From the NCBI GenBank assembly GCA_963790475.1, contig CAWBOS010000013.1:1-64000 (forward strand): a DNA stretch of 64,000 nt, given 5' to 3'. Under the pieces are notes generated by a model. The model was not told the DNA's origin, ran no database searches, and saw only the letters and a program-made list of their open reading frames with translations. The number at the start of each line of letters is the position of its first letter. Position 1 is the first letter of the stretch. Positions 48,925 through 58,659 of the stretch are shown here, in pieces. Both the position numbers and the translations under genes were made by a program. This DNA is from an uncultured delta proteobacterium (GTDB lineage: Bacteria > Desulfobacterota > RBG-13-43-22).

Positions 48925-50094
48925 ATGTATATCACGAATTTAAAGTTGAAAAACTGGCGCAACTTTCATGAAGCGGAGGTCCTTTTAACTCAAACCTCTT
49001 ATATCATCGGGCCGAATGCCTCTGGGAAATCAAACCTTCTTGATGTCCTACGATTTCTCCGCGATGTCTGCAAGCCTGCTGGCGGCGGGCTTCAAAAGGC
49101 AGTGAAGGACCGAGGTGGAATAACTAAGCTCCGCTGTCTTCATGCCCGGCGCGACCCGGAAGTAAAAATTGAGGTCTCTATTTCTGAACGTGTCGATGAT
49201 CCATCCTTTGCCTGGCGGTATATACTAGGTTTGAAGTCGGAAGGTAAGGGTGCTCAACGCCTCATTGTTTCAATCGAGGAGGTCTGGCAAAGGGATAAGC
49301 AGATTCTTAAACGCCCTGATAGCGATGACCTCAAGGATGACCGATTGCTCACGGAAACCCATTTGGAACAGACCAGGGCTAACGCCAATTTCCGAGAAAT
49401 TGTGGATTTCTTTAGTGGTATCACCTACCTCCATCTGGTTCCCCAATTGTTAAAGTATGGTGATAAGATCGGAGGTAACCGGTTGGAAGATGATCCCTTT
49501 GGTCAGGGTTTCCTTGAGAGGGTGGCCAAAAGTCAGGTGAAGACCCGCGAGGCGCGGCTAAAGAAGATTAATGAAGTCCTGTCGATTGCCGTTCCTCAGT
49601 TCAAAGAACTACATTTTGCCCAGGACAAAGTAACTGGAATGCCCCACCTTGAAGCCCTTTATGAGCATTATCGGCCCAATGCGGGATGGCAGCGTGAAGA
49701 TCAGTTCTCAGATGGCACCTTAAGAATCCTGGGTATACTATGGTCTCTTCTCGAAGGAAATTCTTTGCTTCTCATAGAAGAGCCCGAACTTTCACTCCAT
49801 CAAGCTGTGGTAGAACAGTTGCCGGCCCTGATAGAACGTACCCAGCGCTCCAGTAAGCAGCAACGCCGTCAGATTATCATAAGCTCTCACAGCGAGGCAC
49901 TGCTTAGTAACAAAGGTATAGACGCCCGCAGTGTAGTTGTTTTGGAACCCAGTCATGAAGGTACGAAACCCCGCACAGTGAACGAAGCAGAAAAGAAAGG
50001 CCTTGATGCCGGTTTTTCTGTAGCGGAGGTGGTATTGCCCCAAACACGCCCGAAACGAATCGAGCATATGGGGCAGATGAGGCTTTGGGAATGA
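48925..50094 (+). CDS. ABC-type (AAA_21/AAA_15-like) ATPase
   Basis: Walker A GPNASGKS, signature FSDGTLR, Walker B LLIEEPE, H-loop SSHS. Confidence 0.88.
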   Translation: MYITNLKLKNWRNFHEAEVLLTQTSYIIGPNASGKSNLLDVLRFLRDVCKPAGGGLQKAVKDRGGITKLRCLHARRDPEVKIEVSISERVDDPSFAWRYILGLKSEGKGAQRLIVSIEEVWQRDKQILKRPDSDDLKDDRLLTETHLEQTRANANFREIVDFFSGITYLHLVPQLLKYGDKIGGNRLEDDPFGQGFLERVAKSQVKTREARLKKINEVLSIAVPQFKELHFAQDKVTGMPHLEALYEHYRPNAGWQREDQFSDGTLRILGILWSLLEGNSLLLIEEPELSLHQAVVEQLPALIERTQRSSKQQRRQIIISSHSEALLSNKGIDARSVVVLEPSHEGTKPRTVNEAEKKGLDAGFSVAEVVLPQTRPKRIEHMGQMRLWE

Positions 50095-50696
50095 AAGGGG
50101 TTTATATTGCCACGGAAGATGCATTAAGTGAGGCCGTGGCGGAACGCCTTATTTTGGAGGAAAATTTCGGTCTAACCGTGGTAGGTCGATTGGGCCGAAG
50201 GGGGAACGAATATCTCCGACAGAGATTACCTTCGCTCACCAAGTTATCCCACTCGATTCCGGTTTTACTTCTTACGGATCTGGATCGTGCTGAATGTCCT
50301 GCCGCATTAATTCAGAAATGGTACAAAGCAAGAGAGTTACCAAAAATGATGCTCTTCCGTGTAGCAGTGCATGAAACCGAAGCCTGGCTTCTGGCCGATC
50401 GCCAGGGATTTGCCCAGTTCTCCGGTGTGCCGTTTCATCGAATTCCGGGAAAACCAGAATTGCTCATCGACCCCAAAACGACTCTGCTCAACCTTGTAAA
50501 AAGATATGGCAAAAAAACTATCAGGGCCGATATTCTTCCCGTAAAGGGCTCAACGGCCAGGGTCGGGCTAGTTTATAATCCGGCTTTGTGCGCGTTTGTT
50601 CAAGAATCATGGTCTCCGGATAGAGCTGCAAAGGTTTCCAGTAGCCTGAATCGGACACGGCGCCGCCTCCGAGAAATGCGTCTTCTTCTGGGATAG
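50091..50696 (+). CDS. DUF4276/TOPRIM-like protein coupled to the ATPase
   Basis: IATED, LTDLD and ETEAWLLAD; ATGA overlap with the ATPase gene. Confidence 0.75.
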   Translation: MKGVYIATEDALSEAVAERLILEENFGLTVVGRLGRRGNEYLRQRLPSLTKLSHSIPVLLLTDLDRAECPAALIQKWYKARELPKMMLFRVAVHETEAWLLADRQGFAQFSGVPFHRIPGKPELLIDPKTTLLNLVKRYGKKTIRADILPVKGSTARVGLVYNPALCAFVQESWSPDRAAKVSSSLNRTRRRLREMRLLLG

Positions 50697-51722
50697 ATAA
50701 ATTTTATGGTGATGGAGTAACGGCCGGTATCTCAGGATGGCATCTAATCCGAAGGAATAATTTCCGATCCTGGGAATTACCAGGCTTACACCAGACTTAG
50801 AACCGAGTTAAAGGGTAGCCTTTTGGATAAGGACGGACAGAAGTTTATCCAGAGCGACGGTTCAAAAAATTATCGTATCTCCACCCATCCGGACTTTATT
50901 ACCTACGATAGGAATAAACTCCTAAATCACCCAGGCATCAGAGTCAGGGACCTTGCCAAAAAATTGCCCTAACGGGCTTAGACACATTTACCAGGGTTGA
51001 AAGGAGGCAACAATTAAAGATCGCCTTAGCCGGTATCGACACCCTTGAAGAATTGGCTTTGGCGAGGAAAACTTTCTATCGCCGGTGGGCCCGAGACAAA
51101 GCGGTATTCGATCAGGCAATGGAAAAGGCAAAAAGGGACCAACGTGCTCTCGAAGATAAAAAGTACGACAAACCACCACAGAGAAAGAGGAAGGGAAATT
51201 AACGAAACATTGAAGCCAATCGCAGATAGTACGGGCACTATCTGATCCCCATGATTTTGCTATAGCTCGACAGGAAGAAACTATGAACCTTTGCTTGCAC
51301 TAGTAAATTACGGATTTGTACTTGATGTTCCGAGGCAATTTGACGGCTTTGCCAGATTGAATATCGTTCATTGAACGCAACAAATTGATTTTTCAATAAT
51401 AATATTTTTGGAAATGAGACGGATTCGTGTATGCCCCTTGATAGTCTTTTCCATCTCAAGCCCCAGCCCATCCCACAAAAGCACGCTTTGGGATACCAAT
51501 CCGGGAAGCCATTTCGACGCGCAAAAGGGGCATTTCAAAACAATGAATGCCCCTTTTGCTTGTCCTTCGATAAACTCAGGATTCCGAGCAGGTCGAGGAA
51601 CTCAAGGCCTCCGGCCGAATAGATAAAGGCGTCGAAATGATCCTGAGCCTATGGTCCTGAGCCTGTCGAAGGACCTGTCGAAGGACTTATCGAAGGGCCA
51701 ATTATTTTATGCCTTAAACCTT

Positions 51723-52025
51723 ATGCCTGCCTGGCTCTATATCCTCCGACTCAAATCTGGTGCCTTATACGTTGGCGCTACTACCAACATAGAACAACGC
51801 TACAAAGACCATCTTTCAGGAAATGCCTGTCGAACTACTAATCTTGATCCCCCAGTTGCCTTAATCCATTCCGAAGAATTCCATTCATTCAGTGATGCCC
51901 GAAAACGTGAGGCTCAAATAAAACGCTGGACAAAGGTAAAAAAGCAAGCGTTAATCGCCGGTGATCTTGAGAAACTGAAACTTCTCTCAAGGTCAAAGAA
52001 AAGGATTCCCAGAGAAGAAGAGTAA
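51723..52025 (+). CDS. Small GIY-YIG nuclease, copy 2
   Basis: 100 aa; 15 differences from copy 1 by manual count; same leader and trailer. Confidence 0.88.
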   Translation: MPAWLYILRLKSGALYVGATTNIEQRYKDHLSGNACRTTNLDPPVALIHSEEFHSFSDARKREAQIKRWTKVKKQALIAGDLEKLKLLSRSKKRIPREEE

Positions 52026-52160
52026 ACCGATTGGGGGTGGAGGGCACCTCTTGCCGAGCTTGCGACGAATAACGGCTATTTTCGACGCAATAAATGCGGA
52101 GAATGTTCTTGCTTTTGCGGTGAATAAGCAGCATAATATCCGCCAGGAGCGCGGAGAATT

Positions 52161-53264
52161 ATGGAATATATCCACGATAGGAAGAATTGGCCAAAACTGA
52201 CTTGGAGTCCGGAGAGAATTGCAGGGCAGCTTGCCGGTGTACGTCATCGTCAAGGACGGCTCATCGGACGCATGGAGGGGTTGGGTTTTTCGCTTCGCAA
52301 CGAAGCCGTTCTGCAAACCTTGACTGAGGATATTCTCAAATCCAGCGAAATCGAAGGTGAAAAGTTGGACAGGGACCAGGTACGATCTTCTATCGCACGT
52401 AGAATGGGACTTGATATCGGGGGACTTTTGCCAGTTGACAGGCACGTCGAGGGAGTTGTTGAAATGATGCTGGATGCCACCGGGCATTACGCCGATCCGT
52501 TGACCGAAGAACGTCTATTTGCCTGGCACTCCGCTCTGTTCCCAACTGGACGCAGTGGCATGAGGAAAATCGTGGTTGGCGGCTGGCGCGACAATAAGTC
52601 CGACCCCATGCAGGTGGTTTCCGGCCCAATCGGCAGGAAGAAGGTGCATTATCAAGCCCCAGAGGCTAATCATGTCCCCAGGGAAATGCGTGCTTTCCTG
52701 AAATGGTTTAATGGTTCGCAAATGATAGATCCGGTACTGACGGCAGGTCTAGCGCATCTCTGGTTTGTGACGATCCATCCTTTTGAGGATGGCAACGGCC
52801 GGATTGCCCGGGCGATTGCCGATATGGCGCTGGCGCGTTCGGAAAATAGCAGGCAGCGTTTTTATAGCCTGTCGGCGCAAATTCGCCTGGAGCGAAATGC
52901 CTATTACGACCAGCTGGAAAAAACCCAGAAAGACGGCCTGGAGGTAACTTTCTGGATAGAATGGTTCCTGGGCTGCCTGGATCGCGCCATTGAAGGCGCA
53001 GAACGTATTCTGGCCGGCCTCTTCCGCAAGGCTCGATTCTGGGAAGAGCATGTCCATGAACCTTTCAATGAACGCCAGCGGGCCATCATCAACCGGCTCT
53101 TTGACGGTTTTGAAGGAAAGCTGTCTTCTTCCAAATGGGCCAAGCTTGCCCAATGCTCCCAGGACACCGCCCTTAGGGATATTGACGATCTGGTGAAGCG
53201 CGGCGTCTTGTCGAAAGAGCCAGGTGGCGGTCGCAGCACCAGTTATGCTTTGGCAGATCCATAG
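52161..53264 (+). CDS. Fic family protein (DUF4172-Fic-wHTH type)
   Basis: HPFEDGNGRIAR, SSEIEGE and C-terminal DTALRDI..GGRSTSY. Confidence 0.92.
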   Translation: MEYIHDRKNWPKLTWSPERIAGQLAGVRHRQGRLIGRMEGLGFSLRNEAVLQTLTEDILKSSEIEGEKLDRDQVRSSIARRMGLDIGGLLPVDRHVEGVVEMMLDATGHYADPLTEERLFAWHSALFPTGRSGMRKIVVGGWRDNKSDPMQVVSGPIGRKKVHYQAPEANHVPREMRAFLKWFNGSQMIDPVLTAGLAHLWFVTIHPFEDGNGRIARAIADMALARSENSRQRFYSLSAQIRLERNAYYDQLEKTQKDGLEVTFWIEWFLGCLDRAIEGAERILAGLFRKARFWEEHVHEPFNERQRAIINRLFDGFEGKLSSSKWAKLAQCSQDTALRDIDDLVKRGVLSKEPGGGRSTSYALADP

Positions 53265-53504
53265 GAGAGGTGAGGCCACTCAATTCGGGCTCGGCCCTGT
53301 TCCCGGCGAATCCCAATCCTGATCTCAGCAAGACTGGCTAGCAGCGCCAAATCGTTTGGCTCGCGACATCGGTGTTCTGTTAGAGGAGCCTTTTTAGGGG
53401 TAAAAAGGTCCTTTTAAGGCCCTTTTTATCTATCAGTTTTGATAAAATATACTTAGAATTAAATTAGTTCGTCTGGTACGACCCCCATCTCAACCCCCAT
53501 CTCA

Positions 53505-53563
53505 CTCGGAAACTGAAACTCTTATCAAAGTCAACGAGAAGGATTCCCGGAGAACAAGAGTAG
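53505..53563 (+). pseudogene. 3' remnant of a third GIY-YIG copy
   Basis: RKLKLLSKSTRRIPGEQE* followed by the same gattgggg..ggaatccac trailer and the tRNA 3' copy. Confidence 0.75.
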
Positions 53564-53984
53564 ATCGATTGGGGGGTGGAATCCACCGAGTCCGTCCCGG
53601 GGAGCCATTCGGCACGCGTAAGGGGCACACCATTTAAATGGGTGCCCCTTTTCGCTACTCATGGCAGGCCATTTCGAATTAAAGCTATTGCGAGCGTGTT
53701 GAATGGACCTGAGCCTATGGTTCTGAGCCTACGGTCCTGAGCTCGTCGAAGGATCTGTCAAAGGACCTGTCGAAGGATATCTTAAGTCCTTTTTTTGTGT
53801 CTGAAATATTGTTCCAACCCGCTTTCCAACCTGTTTCACCAAAAACAAAAAAAGCCGGTAAGGTTCCCCCAACCGGTCTTTTAAATATCAACGTTCGGCT
53901 TCCTGTTTGAAAATGCTAAGACTTTCTGATATTATCCAGAAAACTGTTCATTAGTTTGTTAGAAATTCATTAAGGAGGAGAATT

Positions 53985-54494
53985 GTGGAACTTATATTTG
54001 AATCGTCACCAAGGATAATTGTCGCAACGAACACCTTTATCAATGTTCCTATTATTTTGAAATATGAAGACACCCCGCTCATTGAGGTCATTAGAGAACA
54101 GGATATTGGTTTCACGACGCAAGTCCCAATTTACCACTCAGACGGAACATACCTGGCGAAGGTTAGGGGCAATCGGGTTTATCCTACCGAAGCAGGGAAG
54201 AAAGTGAACATCGAGATAAGAGACACGTTGGGCAAATTCATCTGCAGTCTTGAAAACAAAGTGATGTTCGAACTATCCCACGGTGCTGGAGGGGCATTCA
54301 AAGCACACGCAGAATTATATACACCTGATGGGTACTTTGTTAAATGTTCTGACGGCCCCAAACCAGAGTTATTCGACTTAACAGGTAATGCTATTAGAGT
54401 GGGTGGAATTACGATGATCGGAAACGTCTTCCAAAATCTGTCCGTAGGTATTTGGTTACATAAGGATGGTTCTTGTGCAATAGGTGTGGGGTAG
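53985..54494 (+). CDS. Hypothetical protein
   Basis: 169-aa ORF, strong SD AAGGAGGAG, GTG start; no motif recognised. Confidence 0.7.
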   Translation: MELIFESSPRIIVATNTFINVPIILKYEDTPLIEVIREQDIGFTTQVPIYHSDGTYLAKVRGNRVYPTEAGKKVNIEIRDTLGKFICSLENKVMFELSHGAGGAFKAHAELYTPDGYFVKCSDGPKPELFDLTGNAIRVGGITMIGNVFQNLSVGIWLHKDGSCAIGVG

Positions 54495-54845
54495 ACCGTT
54501 TCGTTAGAGAAATCGGATGCGGGCCGTTTTGCTCAATTTCAACCAGTAATCGTTCGCTTTCAGGTCTATCTTTTTAAAATATTCGCAGGTTCAAACTTCT
54601 CTCTAAACACCCCCCCGCCTCCTATACGCCCCCAGGATCAACGATCTCCCAAGGCGCCCGAGTCAAATTTATTGACTTTTTGTCTACTAAAGGATAGGTA
54701 ATTTTAGTTCATTAACCAAATTTTCTTGTTGGCAACCTTTAACCAAGGAGTGTCGATGGAGCGAAAAAAGACCCCATTTCTCGGATGAGCGGTGGGGTTT
54801 TGAGTTTAAGATGATTTAATAAAAACAAATATTATTAAAAATATC

Positions 54846-55502
54846 ATGAACGATCTTGAAACAAATCCCATAAGGGAGATTTACCCAAAAGAGGGACATA
54901 TTTTTGGTATAGAATACGATATGTTCATGTACGTCTATATTGGATTATCAAAGTATATTGATTCCCTTGAACGTGAATTGATTTCAGAAATTGAATGTCC
55001 AAAAGATTATCCGTCAGATTGGCCAAGTTTAAAATCCAAAGTTAGGTTTCTTGAATTTAAAGAATATGTGATAAACGAAATGTTTACAGATTTGTATATA
55101 TGCTATAAGAAGGGAGTGATTCCCCTAACAGGAAGAGATCACCTGGAGAGAAGAATTTTTCTCATTTTTAATGAATATAAAAGATTTTTTTGGACTAGGA
55201 TAACTGAATTTGAAAAAAATTTTAAAAAATTACAAGCAGCTTTTAGGCGTAAGAAAAACAAAGAAATAAAGGTCATGCTTATCCCCCAAATAACTTCACC
55301 GGTAACCATACCTTTGTATTTGAGATTTGCAATATTACACAGAGCAGAACATAAATGTGAAGGATGCGGTTCTTCCATTTTTGACAATCCCATAGACGCC
55401 TACATGGTCTGTGGAGAGGAAAAAGCAGACGATATAAGATTCGCTGCTTATTGTAAAAAATGTAAAGAACTTAATGAACAAAGAATAATTCCAGAGCCGT
55501 GA
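54846..55502 (+). CDS. Hypothetical protein with degenerate C-terminal HNH-like zinc finger
   Basis: LRFAILHRAEHKCEGCG...CKKC; AT-rich. Confidence 0.65.
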   Translation: MNDLETNPIREIYPKEGHIFGIEYDMFMYVYIGLSKYIDSLERELISEIECPKDYPSDWPSLKSKVRFLEFKEYVINEMFTDLYICYKKGVIPLTGRDHLERRIFLIFNEYKRFFWTRITEFEKNFKKLQAAFRRKKNKEIKVMLIPQITSPVTIPLYLRFAILHRAEHKCEGCGSSIFDNPIDAYMVCGEEKADDIRFAAYCKKCKELNEQRIIPEP

Positions 55503-55990
55503 CAGACGAAATTAAAACCAAAATAATAAAAGATTCCTTGATCTTTTATTTGATATTAGAATATTTTAGTAATAGGCCTGAAGATTTTGAAAAATATAAG
55601 GAAATAATAATCCAACAGATAAAAGAAAAGTTAGATTCTTTCGATCTCCCTATAGATGAATTGATTTTAAAAACAAAGGCTAAAAATCATGCCATACTTG
55701 ACATTGTTTTAACTTTTGCTTTTGATCAAATTATTAAGAAGGAATATAGTCTCCATTCGCGCCAGGGGATGAGTAATAAATTAAGAAAAGAAGTTCTTGA
55801 TCGCGATCGTTATACATGCCAATATTGTGGGGTCAACCTAAAAGAAAGTATTGAAAATCCCTTTCCTCCCACTGTGGACCATGTAATATCTATGCGAGCA
55901 GGCGGAAAGAATGTGCCAGAAAATCTGGTTGCATGTTGCTGGAAATGCAACCTCGGCAAAAAAGATTATGATGAATTTAGGGAAGAATGA
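55499..55990 (+). CDS. HNH endonuclease
   Basis: VLDRDRYTCQYCG, TVDHVI...GG, ENLVACCWKCN..K; GTGA overlap. Confidence 0.87.
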   Translation: MTDEIKTKIIKDSLIFYLILEYFSNRPEDFEKYKEIIIQQIKEKLDSFDLPIDELILKTKAKNHAILDIVLTFAFDQIIKKEYSLHSRQGMSNKLRKEVLDRDRYTCQYCGVNLKESIENPFPPTVDHVISMRAGGKNVPENLVACCWKCNLGKKDYDEFREE

Positions 55991-56002
55991 ATTGCGTCCA
56001 CT

Positions 56003-56202
56003 TCCCCCCCGGCCCCCTATACGGCCCCAGGATCAATGATCTTTTCAAGGTCCCAAAGGAAAACACAGCTTTTTTTTGCAAACATGACCAAATAAAGAAA
56101 GCCGAAAGGTATATTCCCCCCCCCGGCCTCCTAAAATCCATTCTAAGCCACGATCTAAATTCACCCTAATATTTTCCCTAATACCATGAACCAGCTTCCG
56201 CT
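56003..56202 (+). repeat. ~190-bp dispersed direct repeat, copy A (copy B 58173-58360; short partial copy near 54610-54650)
   Basis: Shared cctatacg..ccaggatc..gatct, aacacagcttttt..caaacatgaccaaa and ttctaagccacgatctaaattcacccta. Confidence 0.75.
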
Positions 56203-56755
56203 CAGGTCCAGGAGCTTCCTTGCCTTACCTGTTTGGAGGCCTTCTGTGTGCCCAGGATCAACGATGTCCCAGGTTCCCTGGTCAATACTCGGGATTATGT
56301 CTTGCCTTAACCAAGGTATGGTCTTCATTTGTTTCTTCCTGAAATCGTTTAAATTGCTATTTCAGGAAAATGGAATAGTACAAACGATATTTGTTAACCA
56401 TCCTTTCTTTTTTTATGAGCCCTACCCAGAATGACCTAAAATAACATTCAACATTTCCTGGTCTTCGATAATACTGATAATTCGCATCCCCGTTAACTTT
56501 TAGGATGGGTTAGGGGATCGATCTAAAATATTTTCCGAATTAATCTGGCCCGGTTCTGATTGGGTCTGTATTTTCATCTCGTTCTAAGACCAGGGAATAA
56601 AGTCATCTTCATTTTTTTTTTGACGATACTCCCGGAAAACGTTAATATAGTCTTTACCATAGCGAATTATTAGCTTTCCCTGGTAGGGGAGATGAGAGCA
56701 ATTGAACGCTAAACAATCTAAGCCCACCTAACTTAATGAAAACTGATAAACTTCG

Positions 56756-57742
56756 ATGGGTGGCGAACCCGTTGAGGTTTATCATAGAAAATTGTCATCG
56801 ACGAGAAGGAATCCAAGTTTGCCCAAAATTCACATTCTGCCAGATGGTAAAGAAATTGAGACAAGAGATGGCGAAACCATACTCCAGGCAGCTTTGCGCG
56901 CAGAGATTCCCCTGGCGCATATTTGTGGCGGGAATGCCCGATGCTCTACATGTCGAGTGATTCTCCTGGAAGGGGAGCCAAATACCCTGCCACCCAACGC
57001 TGCGGAAAAAAAGATTGCCGATCTATCGACTTTTGACCCTTCAGTTCGTCTAGCCTGTCAAACTATAGCCACCGGCAATATCAAAATTCGCCGCTTAGTA
57101 ATGGATGACGAGGATTTGGAATTAAGCAGCCTTTTCATTCAAGGGGTGAAACCCGGGTCAACTGGGATTGAAAAGAACGTGCACATACTTTTTCTAGATA
57201 TTCAGGGATTCACGGCGTTTTCCGAGGCCCTCCTTCCCTATGACGTCATCCATATTTTAAACAGATTTTTCAATCAAATGGGGGAGGTGATTAACAAATA
57301 TAAGGGGGAGATAAACAATTACATGGGCGACGGGTTCATGGCACTTTTTGAAACCCATGATCCAAGGGAGGGCGCTTTACGGGCAATTGGGGCAGGCCTT
57401 GAAATGCTGGCAAGAGTCAGGGGTCTTCAACCTTATTTAGAGAAGCTTTATTATAAGAGCTTTCAAATTCGCATCGGTCTTCACTATGGCCATGTGGTGG
57501 CAGGCACAGTTGGCGCTTCCGGTAGTAGAAAGATGACTGTTATAGGCGATTCGGTAAATTTTGCCAGTCGCATAGAAGCTGCCAATAAAAAAGCAGGGAC
57601 TCGGTTTCTCATCTCAGAGGAGACCTTTGCTTTGGTGAAAGATCGGGTAGAGGTAGGCAAGCAGGTTTATATTGCTCTCCCCGGTAAAACTGGGAAATAC
57701 CGTCTCTATGAAGTCAAAAAAATGAAGCCGGAGGCAAGTTAA
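56756..57742 (+). CDS. 2Fe-2S ferredoxin-adenylate/guanylate cyclase fusion
   Basis: CGGNARCSTCRV..RLACQ; LFLDIQGFT, YMGDG, RIGLHYG and IGDSVNFASRIE. Confidence 0.92.
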   Translation: MGGEPVEVYHRKLSSTRRNPSLPKIHILPDGKEIETRDGETILQAALRAEIPLAHICGGNARCSTCRVILLEGEPNTLPPNAAEKKIADLSTFDPSVRLACQTIATGNIKIRRLVMDDEDLELSSLFIQGVKPGSTGIEKNVHILFLDIQGFTAFSEALLPYDVIHILNRFFNQMGEVINKYKGEINNYMGDGFMALFETHDPREGALRAIGAGLEMLARVRGLQPYLEKLYYKSFQIRIGLHYGHVVAGTVGASGSRKMTVIGDSVNFASRIEAANKKAGTRFLISEETFALVKDRVEVGKQVYIALPGKTGKYRLYEVKKMKPEAS

Positions 57743-58172
57743 TTGACGTAATCCCACCACAATATAGCCATTTATAAGAGAAAGTTCCTATATGGAGATA
57801 TATCCAATTTTTACCGGTCCGAAGGTAACTGAAGGAGCTGAAAAATAAATTGCCTGCCTATGAAAAAAAGGGATGGTCATTTGGCGAGCCGATAGCTTAA
57901 CGTGTTGATAATACCGTTATGATATAACATTAAAGCCTATAATTATAAATAGTTAAATCATTGCCATTTGTAAGAAGATAATTTCTCAGAAAGAAAAAGC
58001 CTCTAACTCAAAAGAATTAGAGGCTTTTCGAATCATTGCAAAGCCGTTTTCAACACGTTACGCTATCGGGTCGGGTCATTTGGCTCTGCCTTTTTTGTAT
58101 ATTTCCGTAATCGATAAATTTTTAGGACACCCAGTTTGCGTGTTAGTAGGTGTAGCCTTCTTTCTTAAACAA

Positions 58173-58360
58173 CCCCCCCCGGCCTCCTATACGCTCCCAG
58201 GATCGACGATCTTTTTAAGGCGACTACGAGAACACAGCTTTTTACAAACATGACCAAACAAAAAAGGCCGGAAGGTATTTTCCCCCCGCCCCCTAAAATC
58301 GATTCTAAGCCACGATCTAAATTCACCCTATATCTCTCCCCTTGAACCAGCCTTCCGCTT
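58173..58360 (+). repeat. ~190-bp dispersed direct repeat, copy B
   Basis: Homologous to 56003-56202. Confidence 0.75.
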
Positions 58361-58475
58361 TTGTTTCTTCCTGTAATCGTTCAACAGAGGTTTTTGAAAA
58401 ACTGAAATAGTGCAAACGCAAATCCTTGAAGGCTCCCCCCAATTGAGAGCCCCTTCCTAGCGAAAAATCTCCTAT

Positions 58476-58590
58476 TTACTATTCCAGAAACCGTGTATAA
58501 TGTTGTTCACATAAAGGCCAGATCAGTAAAGTAACCCGTCTTCCAGCAACGCCACTTTACCCTAAAAGAGAGGCAAGAATATGGAGGAAA
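58476..58590 (+). promoter_or_regulatory. Promoter + structured leader (motif copy 2)
   Basis: ttactattcc..cgtgtataatgt..ccagatcagtaa..gtcttccag..cgccactttacc..ggcaag.atatggagga; matches the reverse complement of 14143-14254. Confidence 0.6.
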
Positions 58591-58659
58591 TACTTTCAAT
58601 AGAGCCGCCAACTCACTGAAGAGGCAAAAAAATCATCCGCGGTGTCAAGGAGAAAAGCC

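Larger units (their letters stand above)
36072..53607. mobile_element. Composite genomic island at tRNA-Asn bounded by a 21-bp tRNA 3' duplication
   Basis: cgagtccgtcccggggagcca at 36051-36071 and 53587-53607; 1-mismatch copy at 36532-36552; mobile and defence-like cargo. Confidence 0.8.

Noticed and set aside
50700-51245. Short coding-like fragments after the ATPase pair
   Set aside because: They look like gene remnants with stops and no clear start; no family could be assigned.
51640-51700. CRISPR array
   Set aside because: Repeats are 11-14-bp nested halves without unique spacers, and there are no cas genes in the window.
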